64,000 nt of DNA. Source: Octopus sinensis. Lineage: Eukaryota. The stretch covers positions 117,366,001-117,430,000 of the forward strand of contig NC_043002.1 of NCBI RefSeq assembly GCF_006345805.1, given 5' to 3'. The notes below the pieces were generated by a model that ran no database searches, was not told the DNA's origin, and saw only the letters and a program-made list of their open reading frames with translations. A program made the position numbers and the translations under genes. The stretch's first letter is position 1; each line of letters begins with the position of its first letter. Shown one piece after another: positions 40,601-53,900 of this stretch.

Positions 40601-43600
40601 GAGAAATGTGTGTAAATGATTTTTTTTTTTTTTTAGAGAAATGTGGTAAATGATTTCTTTTTTTTTTAGAGAAATGTGTGTAAATGATTTTTTTTTTTTA
40701 GAGAAATGTGTGTAAATGATTTTTTTTTTTTTTAGAGAAATGTGTGTAAATGATTTTTTTTTTTTTTAGAGAAATGTGTGTAAATGATTTTTTTTTTTTT
40801 TTTAGAGAAATGTGTGTAAATGATTTTTTTTTTTTTTTTAGAGAAATGTGTGTAAATGATTTTTTTTTTTTTAGAGAAATGTGTGTAAATGATTTTTTTT
40901 TTTTTTAGAGAAATGTGTGTAAATGATTTTTTTTTTTTTTAGAGAAATGTGTGTAAATGATTTTTTTTTTTTTTTAGAGAAATGTGTGTAAATGATTTTT
41001 TTTTTTTAGAGAAATGTGTGTAAATGATTTTTTTTTTTTTAGAGAAATGTGTGTAAATGATTTTTTTTTTTTTTAGAGAAATGTGTGTAAATGATTTTTT
41101 TTTTTTTTTTAGAGAAATGTGTGTAAATGATTTTTTTTTTTTAGAGAAATGTGTGTAAATGATTTTTTTTTTTAGAGAAATGTGTGTAAATGATTTTTTT
41201 TTTTTTTTAGAGAAATGTGTGTAAATGATTTTTTTTTTTTTAGAGAAATGTGTGTAAATGATTTTTTTTTTTTTTAGAGAAATGTGTGTAAATGATTTTT
41301 TTTTTTTAAGAAAATGTGTGTAAATGATTTTTTTTTTTTTAGAGAAATGTGTGTAAATGATTTTTTTTTTTTTAGAGAAATGTGTGTAATGATTTTTTTT
41401 TTTTTTAGAGAAATGTGTGTAAATGATTTTTTTTTTTTAGAGAAATGGTGTAATGATTTTTTTTTTTTTAGAGAAATGTGTGTAAATGATTTTTTTTTTT
41501 TTAGAGAAATGTGTAAATGATTTTTTTTTTTTAGAGAAATGTGTGTAAATGATTTTTTTTTTTAGAGAAATGTGTGTAAATGATTTTTTTTTTTTTAGAG
41601 AAATGTGTGTAATGATTTTTTTTTTTTTTAGAGAAATGTGTGTAAATGATTTTTTTTTTTTTTTAGAGAAATGTGTGTAAATGATTTTTTTTTTTTTTAG
41701 AGAAATGTGTGTATGATTTTTTTTTTTGAGAGAAATGTGTGTAAATGATTTTTTTTTTTTTTTAGAGAAATGTGTGTAAATGATTTTTTTTTTTTTTGAG
41801 AAATGTTGTAAATGATTTTTTTTTTTTAGAGAAATGTGTGTAAATGATTTTTTTTTTATTAGAGATGTGTGTAAATGATTTTTTTTTTTTTTGAGAAATG
41901 TGTGTAATGATTTTTTTTTTTAGAGAAAGTGTGTAAATGATTTTTTTTTTTTATTTTGAAATGTGTGTAAATGATTTTTTTTTTTAGAGAAATGTGTGTA
42001 AATGATTTTTTTTTTTTTTTAGAGAAATGTGTGTAAATGATTTTTTTTTTTTTAGAGAATGTGTGTAAATGATTTTTTTTTGTTTTTAGAGAAATGTGTG
42101 TAAATGATTTTTTTTTTTTTTTTAGAGAAATGTGTGTAAATGATTTTTTTTTTATTAGAGAAATGTGTGTAAATGATTTTTTTTTTTTTTTAGAGAAATG
42201 TGTGGTAAATGATTTTTTTTTTTTTTTAGAGAAATGTGTGTAAATGATTTTTTTTTTTTTAGAGAAATGTGTGTAAATGATTTTTTTTTTTTTTGGAGAA
42301 ATGTGTGTAAATGATTTTTTTTTTTTTTAGAGAAATGTGTGTAAATGATTTTTTTTTTTAGAGAATTTGTGTAAATGATTTTTTTTTTTTTAGAGAAATG
42401 TGTGTAAATGATTTTTTTTTTTTTTAGAGAAATGTGTGTAAATGAAATTTTTTTTTTTTTTTTAGAGAAATGTGTGTAAATGATTTTTTTTTTTTAGAGA
42501 AATGTGTGTAAATGATTTTTTTTTTTTGTAATAGAGAAAATGTGTGTAAATGATTTTTTTTTTTTTTTTTTAGAGAAATGTGTGTAAATGATTTTTGTTT
42601 TTTTAGAGAAATGTGTGTAAATGATTTTTTTTTTTTTTTTGAGAGAAATGGTGTAAATGATTTTTTTTTTTTTTTAGAGAAATGTGTGTGGTAAATGATT
42701 TTTTTTTTTTTTAGAGAAATGTGTGTAAATGATTTTTTTTTTTTTAGAGAAATGTGTGTAAATGATTTTTTTTTTTTAGAGAAATGTGTGTAAATGATTT
42801 TTTTTTTTTTAGAGAAATGTGTGTAAATGTTTTTTTTTTTTGGGAGAGAAATTGTGTAAATGATTTTTTTTTTTTAGAGAAATGTGTGTAAATGATTTTT
42901 TTTTTTTTTTAGAGAAATGTGGTGTAAATGATTTTTTTTTTTTTTAGAGAAATGGTGTGTAAATGATTTTTTTTTTTTTAGAGAAATGTGTGTAAATGAT
43001 TTTTTTTTTTTTTTTTTAGAGAAATGGTGTGTAAATGATTTTTTTTTTTTTTAGAGAAATGTGTGTAAATGATTTTTTTTTTTTAGAGAAAGAAATGTGT
43101 TGATTTTTTTTTTTTTAGAAAATGGTGTAAATGATTTTTTTTTTTTTTAGAGAAATGTGTGTAATGATTTTTTTTTTTTTAGAGAAATGTTTGTAATGAT
43201 TTTTTTTTTTTTTTAGAGAAATGTGTGTAAATGATTTTTTTTTTTTTAGAGAAATGTGTAAAATGATTTTTTTTTTTTAGAGAATGAATTTTTTTTTTTT
43301 TTTTTAGAGAAATGTGTGTAAATGATTTTTTTTTTTTTTAGAGAAATGTGTGAATGATTTTTTTTTTTTTTAGAGAAATGTGTGTAAATGATTTTTTTTT
43401 TTTTTTAGAGAAATGTGTGTAAATGATTTTTTTTTTTAGAAATGTGTGTAAATGTTTTTTTTTTTTTTAGAGAAATGTGTGTAATGATTTTTTTTTTTTT
43501 TAGAGAAATGTGTGTAAATGATTTTTTTTTTTTTAGAGAAATGTGTGTAAATGATTTTTTTTTTTTTTAGAAATGTGTGTAAATGATTTTTTTTTTTTTT

Positions 43601-44857
43601 TAGAGAAATGTGTGTAAATTTTTTTTTTTTTTAGAGAAATGTGTGTAAATGATTTTTTTTTTTTTAAGAAAATGTTTGTAAATGATTTTTTTTTTTTAGA
43701 GAAATGTGTGTAATGATTTTTTTTTTTTAGAGAAATGTGTGTAAATGATTTTTTTTTTTTTTTAGAGAAAGTGTAAATGATTTTTTTTTTAGAGAAATGT
43801 GTGTAAATGATTTTTTTTTTTTTTAGAGAAATGTGTGTAATGATTTTTTTTTTTTTAGAGAAATGTTGTAAATGATTTTTTTTTTTTTAGAAATGTGTGT
43901 AAATGATTTTTTTTTTTTTAGAGAAATTGTGTAAATGATTTTTTTTTTTTTTTAGAGAAATGTGTGTAAATGATTTTTTTTTTTTAGAGAATGTATGTGT
44001 GAATGATATTTTTTTAGAGAAATGTGTGTGTGAATGATTTTATTTTTTTTTTTTAGAGAAATGTGTGTGAATGATTTTTTAAAAATTTAAATATTGTATT
44101 TAGGTTTACATGTGTCTTTTTGTATGTGTAAATTTCTATACAGTTTTCATTATTTTACGAGGATGTACAGAAAAGTTCCTGGCTTTAAGTAAAAGAAAAT
44201 ACAGGAGGATCAGTTAATTATTATTTCATTCATCATATTCCCCTCTCAGATTCATACACTTATGCAGCAGTCTTTCAAGTTTTCTAGGCCCTGTAACAGA
44301 ACTTGGAAGGTTGGGCCTCAGCCAGGCCTTTTGTGATACCCTTAAAGCCAGAAACTTTTCAGCACCCCCTCATGTGTGTTTGTAGGCCTGATTTTCGCAT
44401 GTGTGTTTATATGTGTCTCTGTGTATAACTTTGTTCTGAGTGACACATAGTTGTATTTATCTATTTTATTTGTGTGTGTGTGTGCGTGTGTGTGTGTGTG
44501 TACTTTTAGCACATTTTCTTCTCATTTTCATAAAATGGTGACAGCTTTATATAAAATGATTGGAATTTTACGTTTTTGAGACTTTTAAGGGTTGGATTCT
44601 CTTGAAAAATTTTCGGGCACATGGACTTATGCATTAATATTAAAACATTTTATCATGACAATGTGCAGTTTTGTCTTAAAACAAAAGACTACATAAAGAG
44701 GATTTCAATTCTTGTATTATTTATCCATTTCTATTTGTGTGTGTCTGTATATGCATGTATTCACACACACATGCCAGTATAAATATAAACTCAAACTTAT
44801 AAATTTACTTTTGTAATGCACACAAATGTGCATATATATATGTGTGTGTGTGTGCGC

Positions 44858-44901
<44 letters not shown>

Positions 44902-47900
44902 ATGTGTATATGTATAGATAGATAGGTAGATAGATACAAATGTGTATATCCCTATCATGCATTCATATGTATGAATAATGCACATCTTAAACACTTAAAC
45001 TGTATGCACACACATGCAAATGTTATTTATACAAGAACCATACCCATATTAGGTTCTTTATCCACTATAGTGAGTTTTATATTAGCTAATGTTTGCAACA
45101 TGTAAAATATAATTTGATATAATTTACAGCTCTTAAATTACTATATTCATTTATTTGTTTTACGTTTGGTTTTTTTTTAATGGGTTTACATGTGTTTGTT
45201 ATTGAAGCATTGCTTTACAGCCAGATGATCTTCTTGTCACTATTATGTTTCTCAAATAAGGTGTCTCAAAGATGTAAAGTGAATGATTCTTTGACAGGAG
45301 AAAAAAGGGCAACAATGCTGCTCATAGCAAGTGACTTTTGTAAACAAATATGCACATTCATACATACTTATAATATATATTTGTGGTATAACACCTGAAG
45401 AAAATGTTGTAGTGTAAATGTAAGATAGAAACTGTTAGTACTGCAAATGCACTTTACTACACATTTTTTTTTCTTCCAGAATCCTGGCTACATGAAAAAT
45501 GCTTTTGTATTAAAAATTGAAACTATTCATCTACCAGGCAATGGACAAATTGAAAATGTGAGTTTGTTTAACATTAGTTTCCTTTCCACTTTTTCTCTTA
45601 CATTCTTTTACTCTCTTTGTCATTATAGGAAATATCTAGCTGGAATACTTATGGGATTTCATCTTTAGTAATGCTCATTCTTAATTGATTAAGAATCTGT
45701 TTAATTTTATTTTTCAGGAATGTGTGAAAAAAACTTCCATTTTCCTTTTGAATTATGTTTAGTTTTTTGTTTGATTTTTTTTTTTCCTCTTAGATAGAAA
45801 GTTATAACTACTTTTTATATTTATTGCTGTACAAATTTCACTTTGGATGCAATGACCTTCTTATACATAAGCTTGCCTTAGGCTGAAGATATGAAGCTTA
45901 GTTATTGATCTAATTATGTAGTTTGTAGTACATTTTACCTCAGCTAAGTACATTTCCAAATATTAGTGTACTGATGGCAAAAGTTTACTCCTTGAAATAT
46001 TTTTATTACTAATTTAATAGCTATTGCTTTTCTGGCAGCAAAAAAGGCAAGATTTTTGTTTCATATTCTGCAAGTTCAGTATGTGTTGTATATTTGCATT
46101 CACTTAGATGACTGCTTCATAAACAATGTTCCTGGTCATAGTTCGATATTCATCATTATGATGTGACTTTCTGGCTTTGTGGTTGAATTCGCTTTGATTT
46201 GCAAACACTCCCAGTTTTTATTGGAACATTCGCTTTTCTGAAAGCAACATGTGTTTGTCTGTGTTAGAACACTGGAGTTGGAAGATAGAATTTTTCACTT
46301 CTAAACTTTATTCTTGATACTTGTTTATCAACTTAACAAAAGCAGGCCTTACAGGGAATTGCAATTTTTTTAGAATGAATGGTAAATTGGTATCAGATAA
46401 TTGAAGAGAAATCCAAGGAACCATTAGCCCTCTGTTCAACGAAAGTCTTGCAGATTTGGAAGATGGAAACTGAAAGAAGCACATTGTGTGCGTCTTGATA
46501 TTGAATCTTGACATCACTGCCATACAAGCACAATGTTTTGTTTCCAGTCTTCTGTGAAAACATGCAACCTGGGTAAAGTATTACCTTACTTTGGAAGCAG
46601 GTAACAGTAGGTGACAGGAAAGCCAATTGGCCATAGAAAAATCTGCTTCATGTGAGCATGGGAAAGTAGATGTTAAAATGATGATAGATATTTGACAGCT
46701 TTGACAGATTCACACCATTAACTATTGTAGTCAATTATCCACCTTAATGTCACCACTACTTAAAATTTTTTGTAGAAAACTCACAGAGGTAATTCTTACT
46801 GTAATGTCTGCTTAACATACAAAGTAAAGCTGCATTCTGTTCTTCACACGATCCCTGTATCATATGCTTTTTTACCAAATGACAAAAATCAAATATGCAT
46901 TGGGAAGGATTGGGAAGTTCAACAAAAACAACTTGTATGTTGGAATTCAGTTGTGTTCACATGGACTTTTCCCAAAATACCCGATTCAAAATCTAGCGGA
47001 AGTTCCTGCTACTTCAATTTGAAAACTCGTCAGGACAGTCTATAGTATTGTGATCTACATTAAGTTCCTTTAGAATTTCTTGCTACTTTGGATTGCAGGT
47101 AAATCTCACAAACAATGTTGGTTTTCTAAATTTCCTTATGGTAGTCAGCTATCATATCTTAGTAGTGCTTTGCCTGTAAATGTGTTTGCTTTGCCTGTGT
47201 TTGGGAGAATTTATTGTTTTCCATTCTGATCTGCAATGATTATATCTCCCAGACTATTACACACATCTGCTTGTTTGGCATGTTGATATTTTTTTGAACA
47301 TGCTGCAAAGAAGCAGATTGGACTTTGACATTCTGGCCTACACAAAACAGTTGCAATAGATTGTATCTGTAGTACAATATATTATCCACTTCAGCTTTCT
47401 CCTCTATCCAAAGTTAAGGAAATTGGAGATATGTCACTTTTCCATTGCTTCATTGCTTTAGTGTAAGGTAATTTCATCCATGTAAGCGGCCAGGGAAAAA
47501 ACATGGTTACGTCTTGAGGTCACTGGCTTGGTGACAGTCACTATATATTTGAAGACTGTGTTGATTGTTCTCTGATTGGAACTTGCTTACCAACATTCTA
47601 CCACTTTTGATGAATTTCTTTATCAAAAGTTTCTTGTAAGACTGTTGGGTACTGCCCTCCCCATTTCATATTCCACCTGTGTACATACTGTTCACACTGT
47701 CAAATTTGTATATTTTGCTTTTACACTTCTCTCTATTTTTCATTTTGATATTTCTTTATTTTTGTCTAACAAGTCATATAAATTATTTCCATTGCAGGCT
47801 CACAGTCTTTCACCTGAACATTTAAAAAGTAGGACTGTTGTTATGATTGATATTGCAAACAACTCTGTTGTTTCTTCTAAGGTAAATACATTTTTTGAGT

Positions 47901-50900
47901 CCTTAGTAGTACTTCTTTTTGTCATCAACAATTAATTAGATCCAATTTATGAGTGTGTGAGCAGCACCTGGGTGCAAATAGCACCATACGAGTGTGATCG
48001 TTGATAGAGCTGCTAACCGGCTTCTGTGCCAGTGGCACATAAAAGGCACCATTTGAGTGTGATTGTTACCAGTGTCGCCTTACTGGCACTCGAGCCCCAT
48101 GCTAGTAGGGTGTTAAGAGCACCATCCGAACATGATTGTTGCCAGAGCGGCTATCTGGCCTCCGTGCCGGTGGCACGTAAAAGGCACCATTCGAGTGTGA
48201 TCATTACCAGCATCGCCTTACTGGCACCTTTGCCGGTGGCATGTGTAAAAGATTTGAGCGAGGTTGTTGCCAGTACTGCCTGACTGGCCTTGTGCCGGTG
48301 GCACATAAAAGCACCCACTACATTATCGGAGTGGCTAGCATTAGGAAGGGCATCCAGCTGTAGAAACTCTGCCAGAGCAAGATTGAAGCCTGCTGCAGCC
48401 ATCTGGTTCGCCAGTCCTCAGTCAAATCGTCCAACCCATGCTAGCATGGAAAGCGGACATTGAACGATGATGATGATGATAACATGTTTTTTTATTTTTT
48501 TATCAAGCATATGGATATACCTTATAAAGATTATGTGCCTGACAATCTTTAGAAGATGTATAAAATGTGCTCAGAATAAACTGGGTGAAGTAATGTTTTA
48601 TCAATATAGATGCATTTTCATTTATTAAAATGAGTTTCTTTCTTAATCTTGTTTTAAGTGTTTAGATGCCTCCATTTTGACATCCAAGTACTATTACCTG
48701 TTCTCACCTGTTTAATCATCTACATATATTTTCTATCTCTCCACTATGAATTTTTTTACATTTTGAATAATAGGCACAAAATTTTTAAAATTCAAATCAA
48801 TAACAGCAAAACTATTTTAGTTAGTTTAAGTAACTAATTAATATTCGCAAGTGTGTGTGAATGTCTTTGCAAAGCAGCTGTAGAAGACAAGTTAGAAATT
48901 TGAGGTTTCTTTGTATTGGGTCATCCCATAAATAATGGCTTTTTTTTATACTTTTATTTTTCAAAAGTTTTTTTTAATGTAAAATATACTCTCCTTCATT
49001 TTCTACAATCTTCTCCCATCTATCTGGTAGACTTGCAAGGCCCCTCTTCCAAAATTCACTTGTCCATGATGAAAAGTACTCCTTGAGTACTGTTCTGACC
49101 TTGTCCACAGAATTCAAATTTTTTCCATCTAAATGATTTTGAAGATTATCTAACATTTGATAATCAAATGGAGCAATGTCTGGCAAATATGGTGGGTGGG
49201 GCATCGTTTCCCATTCAGACTGCTCCAGCCTTTGGAATGTCATCCTCACTGTATGTAGCCAAGCATTATCCTGATGAAAGAATACTTTTCATCTTGAAAC
49301 CAAAAATGGTCGTTTTTCTTCTGGCATTGACTTAAGCTGCTCACAGTAGATCTCCTTTGTTATTGTTTGGTTTGGGTTTAAAAGGTCAAAATGGACTAAA
49401 CCTTTCATATCCCACCAAACAGATAACAACACCTTATGTGGGTGAAGACCTTTTGCTTAGGAAGCTGGTGTTTTTCCTTTCCCTAACCACTGTCTTCGGT
49501 GCTTGACATTATTATAGAGAACCCATTTCTCGTCACCAGTCACTATTTGGTCCAAAAAAGGTTCATTTGTGAGATATGACAGCAAAGAAGAGCACACATT
49601 CACTCTTTGCACACGATTAGACTCGGAAACTTTGTGAGGAACCCAATTCACTGACTTTTCCGATGGTATGCAAGTGTCAATGAATGGTTGAATGACCTAA
49701 ACCAATCTTCTCTGTTAGTTCCTCAACAGTTACAATCGGATTTTGTTCCACTAGGGTTTGCTGGACGTCCTCGCCGAGCTCTACAGATCTTCCAGGTTGA
49801 GGCTCATCTTCTAGGCTGTAGTTTCCAGCTTGGAATTTCTGGAACCACTATTGACACTAACTTACACTTATTGCCTGATCCCCATTTACTGCATCAATAT
49901 TCTTTGCACTTTCTGTTGTGTTTGTTGTTACCGTTATTGAACTCATCATCATCATTGTTGTTTAATGTCTGCTTTCCATGCTGGTATGGGTTGGACTGTT
50001 TGACTGAGGATTGGCAAGCAAGAAGGCTGTACCAGGCTCCTATCTGATCTGGCAAGGTTTCTACAGCTGGATGCCCTTCTTAACGCCAACCACTTTGAGA
50101 GTGTAGTGGGTGCTTTTTACGTGCCACCGGCACGAGGTTTTGGTGTCAACCACACTTGAATGGTGCTTTTTACGTGTGACAGGCATGGGAGCCAGTCAGG
50201 TGGCACTGGCAAAAACCATGCTTGAAAGGTGCTTTTTTGTGCCACTGGCACGAGACCAGTGAGGCTGCACTGGCATTGACCATGCTTGAATGGTTCATTT
50301 TACATGCCACTGGTATGGATGCCAGTCAGGTAGTACTGCCATCGGCCACGGCGATGACTTCACTTGACTCAGCAGGTCTTCCCAACCACAGTTTATTGCC
50401 CAATGATTGAAAGGTACTCTTAAATGAGCTGGTTATGCTGCACTGGCATAGGCCACAATTAGGTCTCACTTGGCTTGCTAGGTCTTCTCAAGCGCAACAT
50501 ATCTCCAAAGGTCTCGGTCACTCATCATCGCCTCTATGAGGCCCATACTTCACCACTTCATCCCATGTCTTCCTGGGTCTACCTCTTCCACAGGTTCCCT
50601 CTACTGCTAGGGTGTGACAGCTGTCCTCATCCATACGCAACACTTGACCATATCAGTGCAGTCGTCTCTCTTGCACACCACTTCTAATACTTCTTATGTC
50701 CAGATTTTCTCTCAAGCTACTTAGAGTCAGTTATGTATGCACACTGACATTACACATCCAGCGGAGCATACTAGCTTAATTTCTTGCAAGCTTATGCATA
50801 TCCTCAGCAGTCACGGCCTATGTTTCACTGCCATGTAGCATGGCCGTTCACACATGTGTCATACAGTCTACCTTTTACTCTGAGTGAGAAAGCCTGAAGT

Positions 50901-53900
50901 CTCTGAATTTTGCCCAGGCTATTCTTATTCTAGCAGCTACACTCTCAGAGCATCCACCCCTGCTACTGACTTGGTCACCTAGGTAATGGAAGCTATCAAC
51001 TACTTGTAGTTTTTTCCCTCGGCATGTGACAGAAGCTGTTTTCTGCACATTTTCAGTGTTTATTGCCACACACAAAAACTATCTTCCCAGTTAGCCTTCC
51101 TTTGATATTGCTGCACCTCTTATATGTCCATAGCTTACATCGGGTACATCTTATGGAGTTTCTGCCTATACCTTTTCTACAGATCAAGCAGGCCATCTAC
51201 CTGAAGGGATTTGTGATCTGTCTGCCTTCCTACTTACTAAGACTTTGGTTTTTGCTAGATTGACTCTGAGGGCCTTCAATTCTAGACCTTGCTTCCATAC
51301 CTGAAACTTCTCTAGTTCTGATAGTGATTCAGCTACTAGAGCAAGGTCATCAGCATAGAGAAGCTCCCAGAGGCATCCAGTCTTGAATTCCTCTGTTATT
51401 GCCTGGAGGACTATGATGAACTGATAAAGCAAAATATGCAGAATATGCTCCTTAGTCACTTCCATTATAGCTTTGAAAAAATAACTGTTAAAACTGAACT
51501 GCACTCTTCAAAACATGTACTAAGAATAAAATTAAGGTAAAATTTCTACCTGCTCTTATAGCAAGTTTATGCAGGGAGATTGTCCCGTCCCCCTCCCACT
51601 TTTAGTTCATAGAGTTGAAAAAGCCACATTATTTATGGGATGACCCAATACATCAGCAGAAGTTGAATTGTATTTTTTGTTTCAAAATTCAGCTTTTTAA
51701 AGTTTCATAATTATTGATTCTATTTTACCAGGACTATAAGAAAGATGAAGACCCAACAATATATAAATCTGAAAAGACTGGTCGAGGACCTTTAATAGGC
51801 AACTGGATGGTAAATATTTCATTTGAATTATTCAATACGTGCCTCTGTATTTTATTCTATCAGGCTGAGTAAAAATTAAGCAATATTTTGAAACGTGAAA
51901 TTCATCACAATATATTTCAACAATGCGGAAATTTTATTCATCAAAGTAAGTATCAACACATTTTTGCCAAAACATTACAAGTTTGTTTATTCTGGTAACA
52001 TAAAAATCTGGAATTCTGGAGCTGATGAACTCTTTGAACATACTTCCAGCATCGGTTTGATTTTTTAACTCCTTCTCTCACAGGAAACCAACAAGGTGCT
52101 TGGAAAAGTGGTAGTCGGTAGGAGAAAGGTCCGGGGAAGAACTTCATAGCCAAGTTCCCTCAACTTCTGGAGCATCATTAGTGAAACATGTGGTCGAGCT
52201 TTGTCATAAAGAATGATTGGCTCACTTCTGTTGACCAGTCTGGGTGGCTGAGTTGCAGTTTTTCGTTCATTTTGGCAATTTCATGACAATGTTTCTGCAG
52301 TAATGGATTTTCCTGGTTTTAAGAAGCTATAGTGGATGAGTCCAGTAGTACACCACCAAATAGTCACCATAACCTTCTTTTTGAAGAGTTCAGGTTTAGG
52401 AAAGTTTTTCAGTGCTTCATTATGGTCCAACCACTGTGAAGAACATTTTTTATTATTGTACAGAATTCACTTTTCATTACAAGTTGAAACACAGTTGAGA
52501 AATGGATCAATCTGGTTATGGAGAAGAAGCGATGAGCAAATTTCATATCTGTGCATTTTCTGATTGTCATTCAAATTTGTCAAGCTTTTTTGATTTTCCG
52601 ATCACATGCAAATGGTTGCAGGCAGTTTTCTGGCTAACTTGAAGTTCTTTTGCCAGTTGTCGAGTGGTTTTATGTGGATCTTTCTCAATGACAGTCTTTA
52701 ATTAACTGTCATCAATGACTGATGGGTGTCCACTATGCTCACGAACTTCAAGGCTTAGGTCTCCACTGAAAAATCGTTTAAACTATTTTCACCCTGACCA
52801 CTCACTGGTCATTTCCTCACCAAACATTTCATTGATACCACAAGCAGTTTCAGCTGCTTTACGTCTTTTTTTGAAGTTGAATAGCAAAATTGCTCAAATA
52901 TCGTGCTTTGACAGTTCCATTTCAGATGACTGTAACAATGGTGAAAAAAATATCAATGTTAATTTATTGATGTATCTGGGCAAGTCTGTCTGTATTATCA
53001 GACAATTGCAAAAAGATGTTTTAAAAAATTCAAAACTCTGCAAAAATCCGATACAAATTTTTCATGCTTCAAAACGTTGCTTACTTTTTACTCAAGTTGA
53101 TACTTTGCAAAATTGGTGGAAAGCTCAAAACATTAAAAAAAATATTTTCAGGTTTCTTCATGATTGAAATAATTACTAGTTATAAAGATGATGTCAGTGT
53201 CTGGCTCCCGTAGGTGTTTCAATTAAATTTTAAAATTGATATGTCTCTAAAACCTATTTACTTTCTCAGATCACTTGTTTCTAAAATTCAAGAAGTACGT
53301 AATACAGTCCCATTTTTTTCTGTTGTCACTGATGACATATACTTTACATGATTATATGTAAAAACAAAACTTTCCAGCTTCTTCCATTTGCTCTGCACCT
53401 TAAATACAATTACCTATGATAACATATCTATAATTTAAATTTTGTACATCCAGAGCTGTTTGTAGTCTTACTATTTAAAATTGATAAGTTTTTTCTTTTC
53501 TTTCTTTTTTTTTTAGGATGAAGTCGACCCTGTTATGACCTGTTATAAATTAGTGTCTGTAAACTTTTCATGGATGGGATTACAATCACAAATAGAAAAA
53601 TTTATCCAAGGGGTAAGTATTTTTGTACTCCAACATTTCTTACACCAATTTCAAGTTTTGGTTAAATTATCATATGGTGTTGATTATAATTCATGTATGG
53701 GATATCATTTTGTAGATATTTAGTTAAAATTTACTCCAAATTTTATAGGTAAAATGAGATAGACATAAGCATTTTGATATAGGGAAACAAATAAAATCAC
53801 AGAATCAGTTTGTCCAACATACAAGGACATTTTTTTAAAGAGTTGTTTCAAAAACTGCAAACGATCAACATTATACTTCATATGAATTCTTTTATTTGTA

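Noticed and set aside
7297-53100. An active autonomous transposon
   Set aside because: Every transposase, RT and pol ORF examined has stops, frameshifts or deletions.
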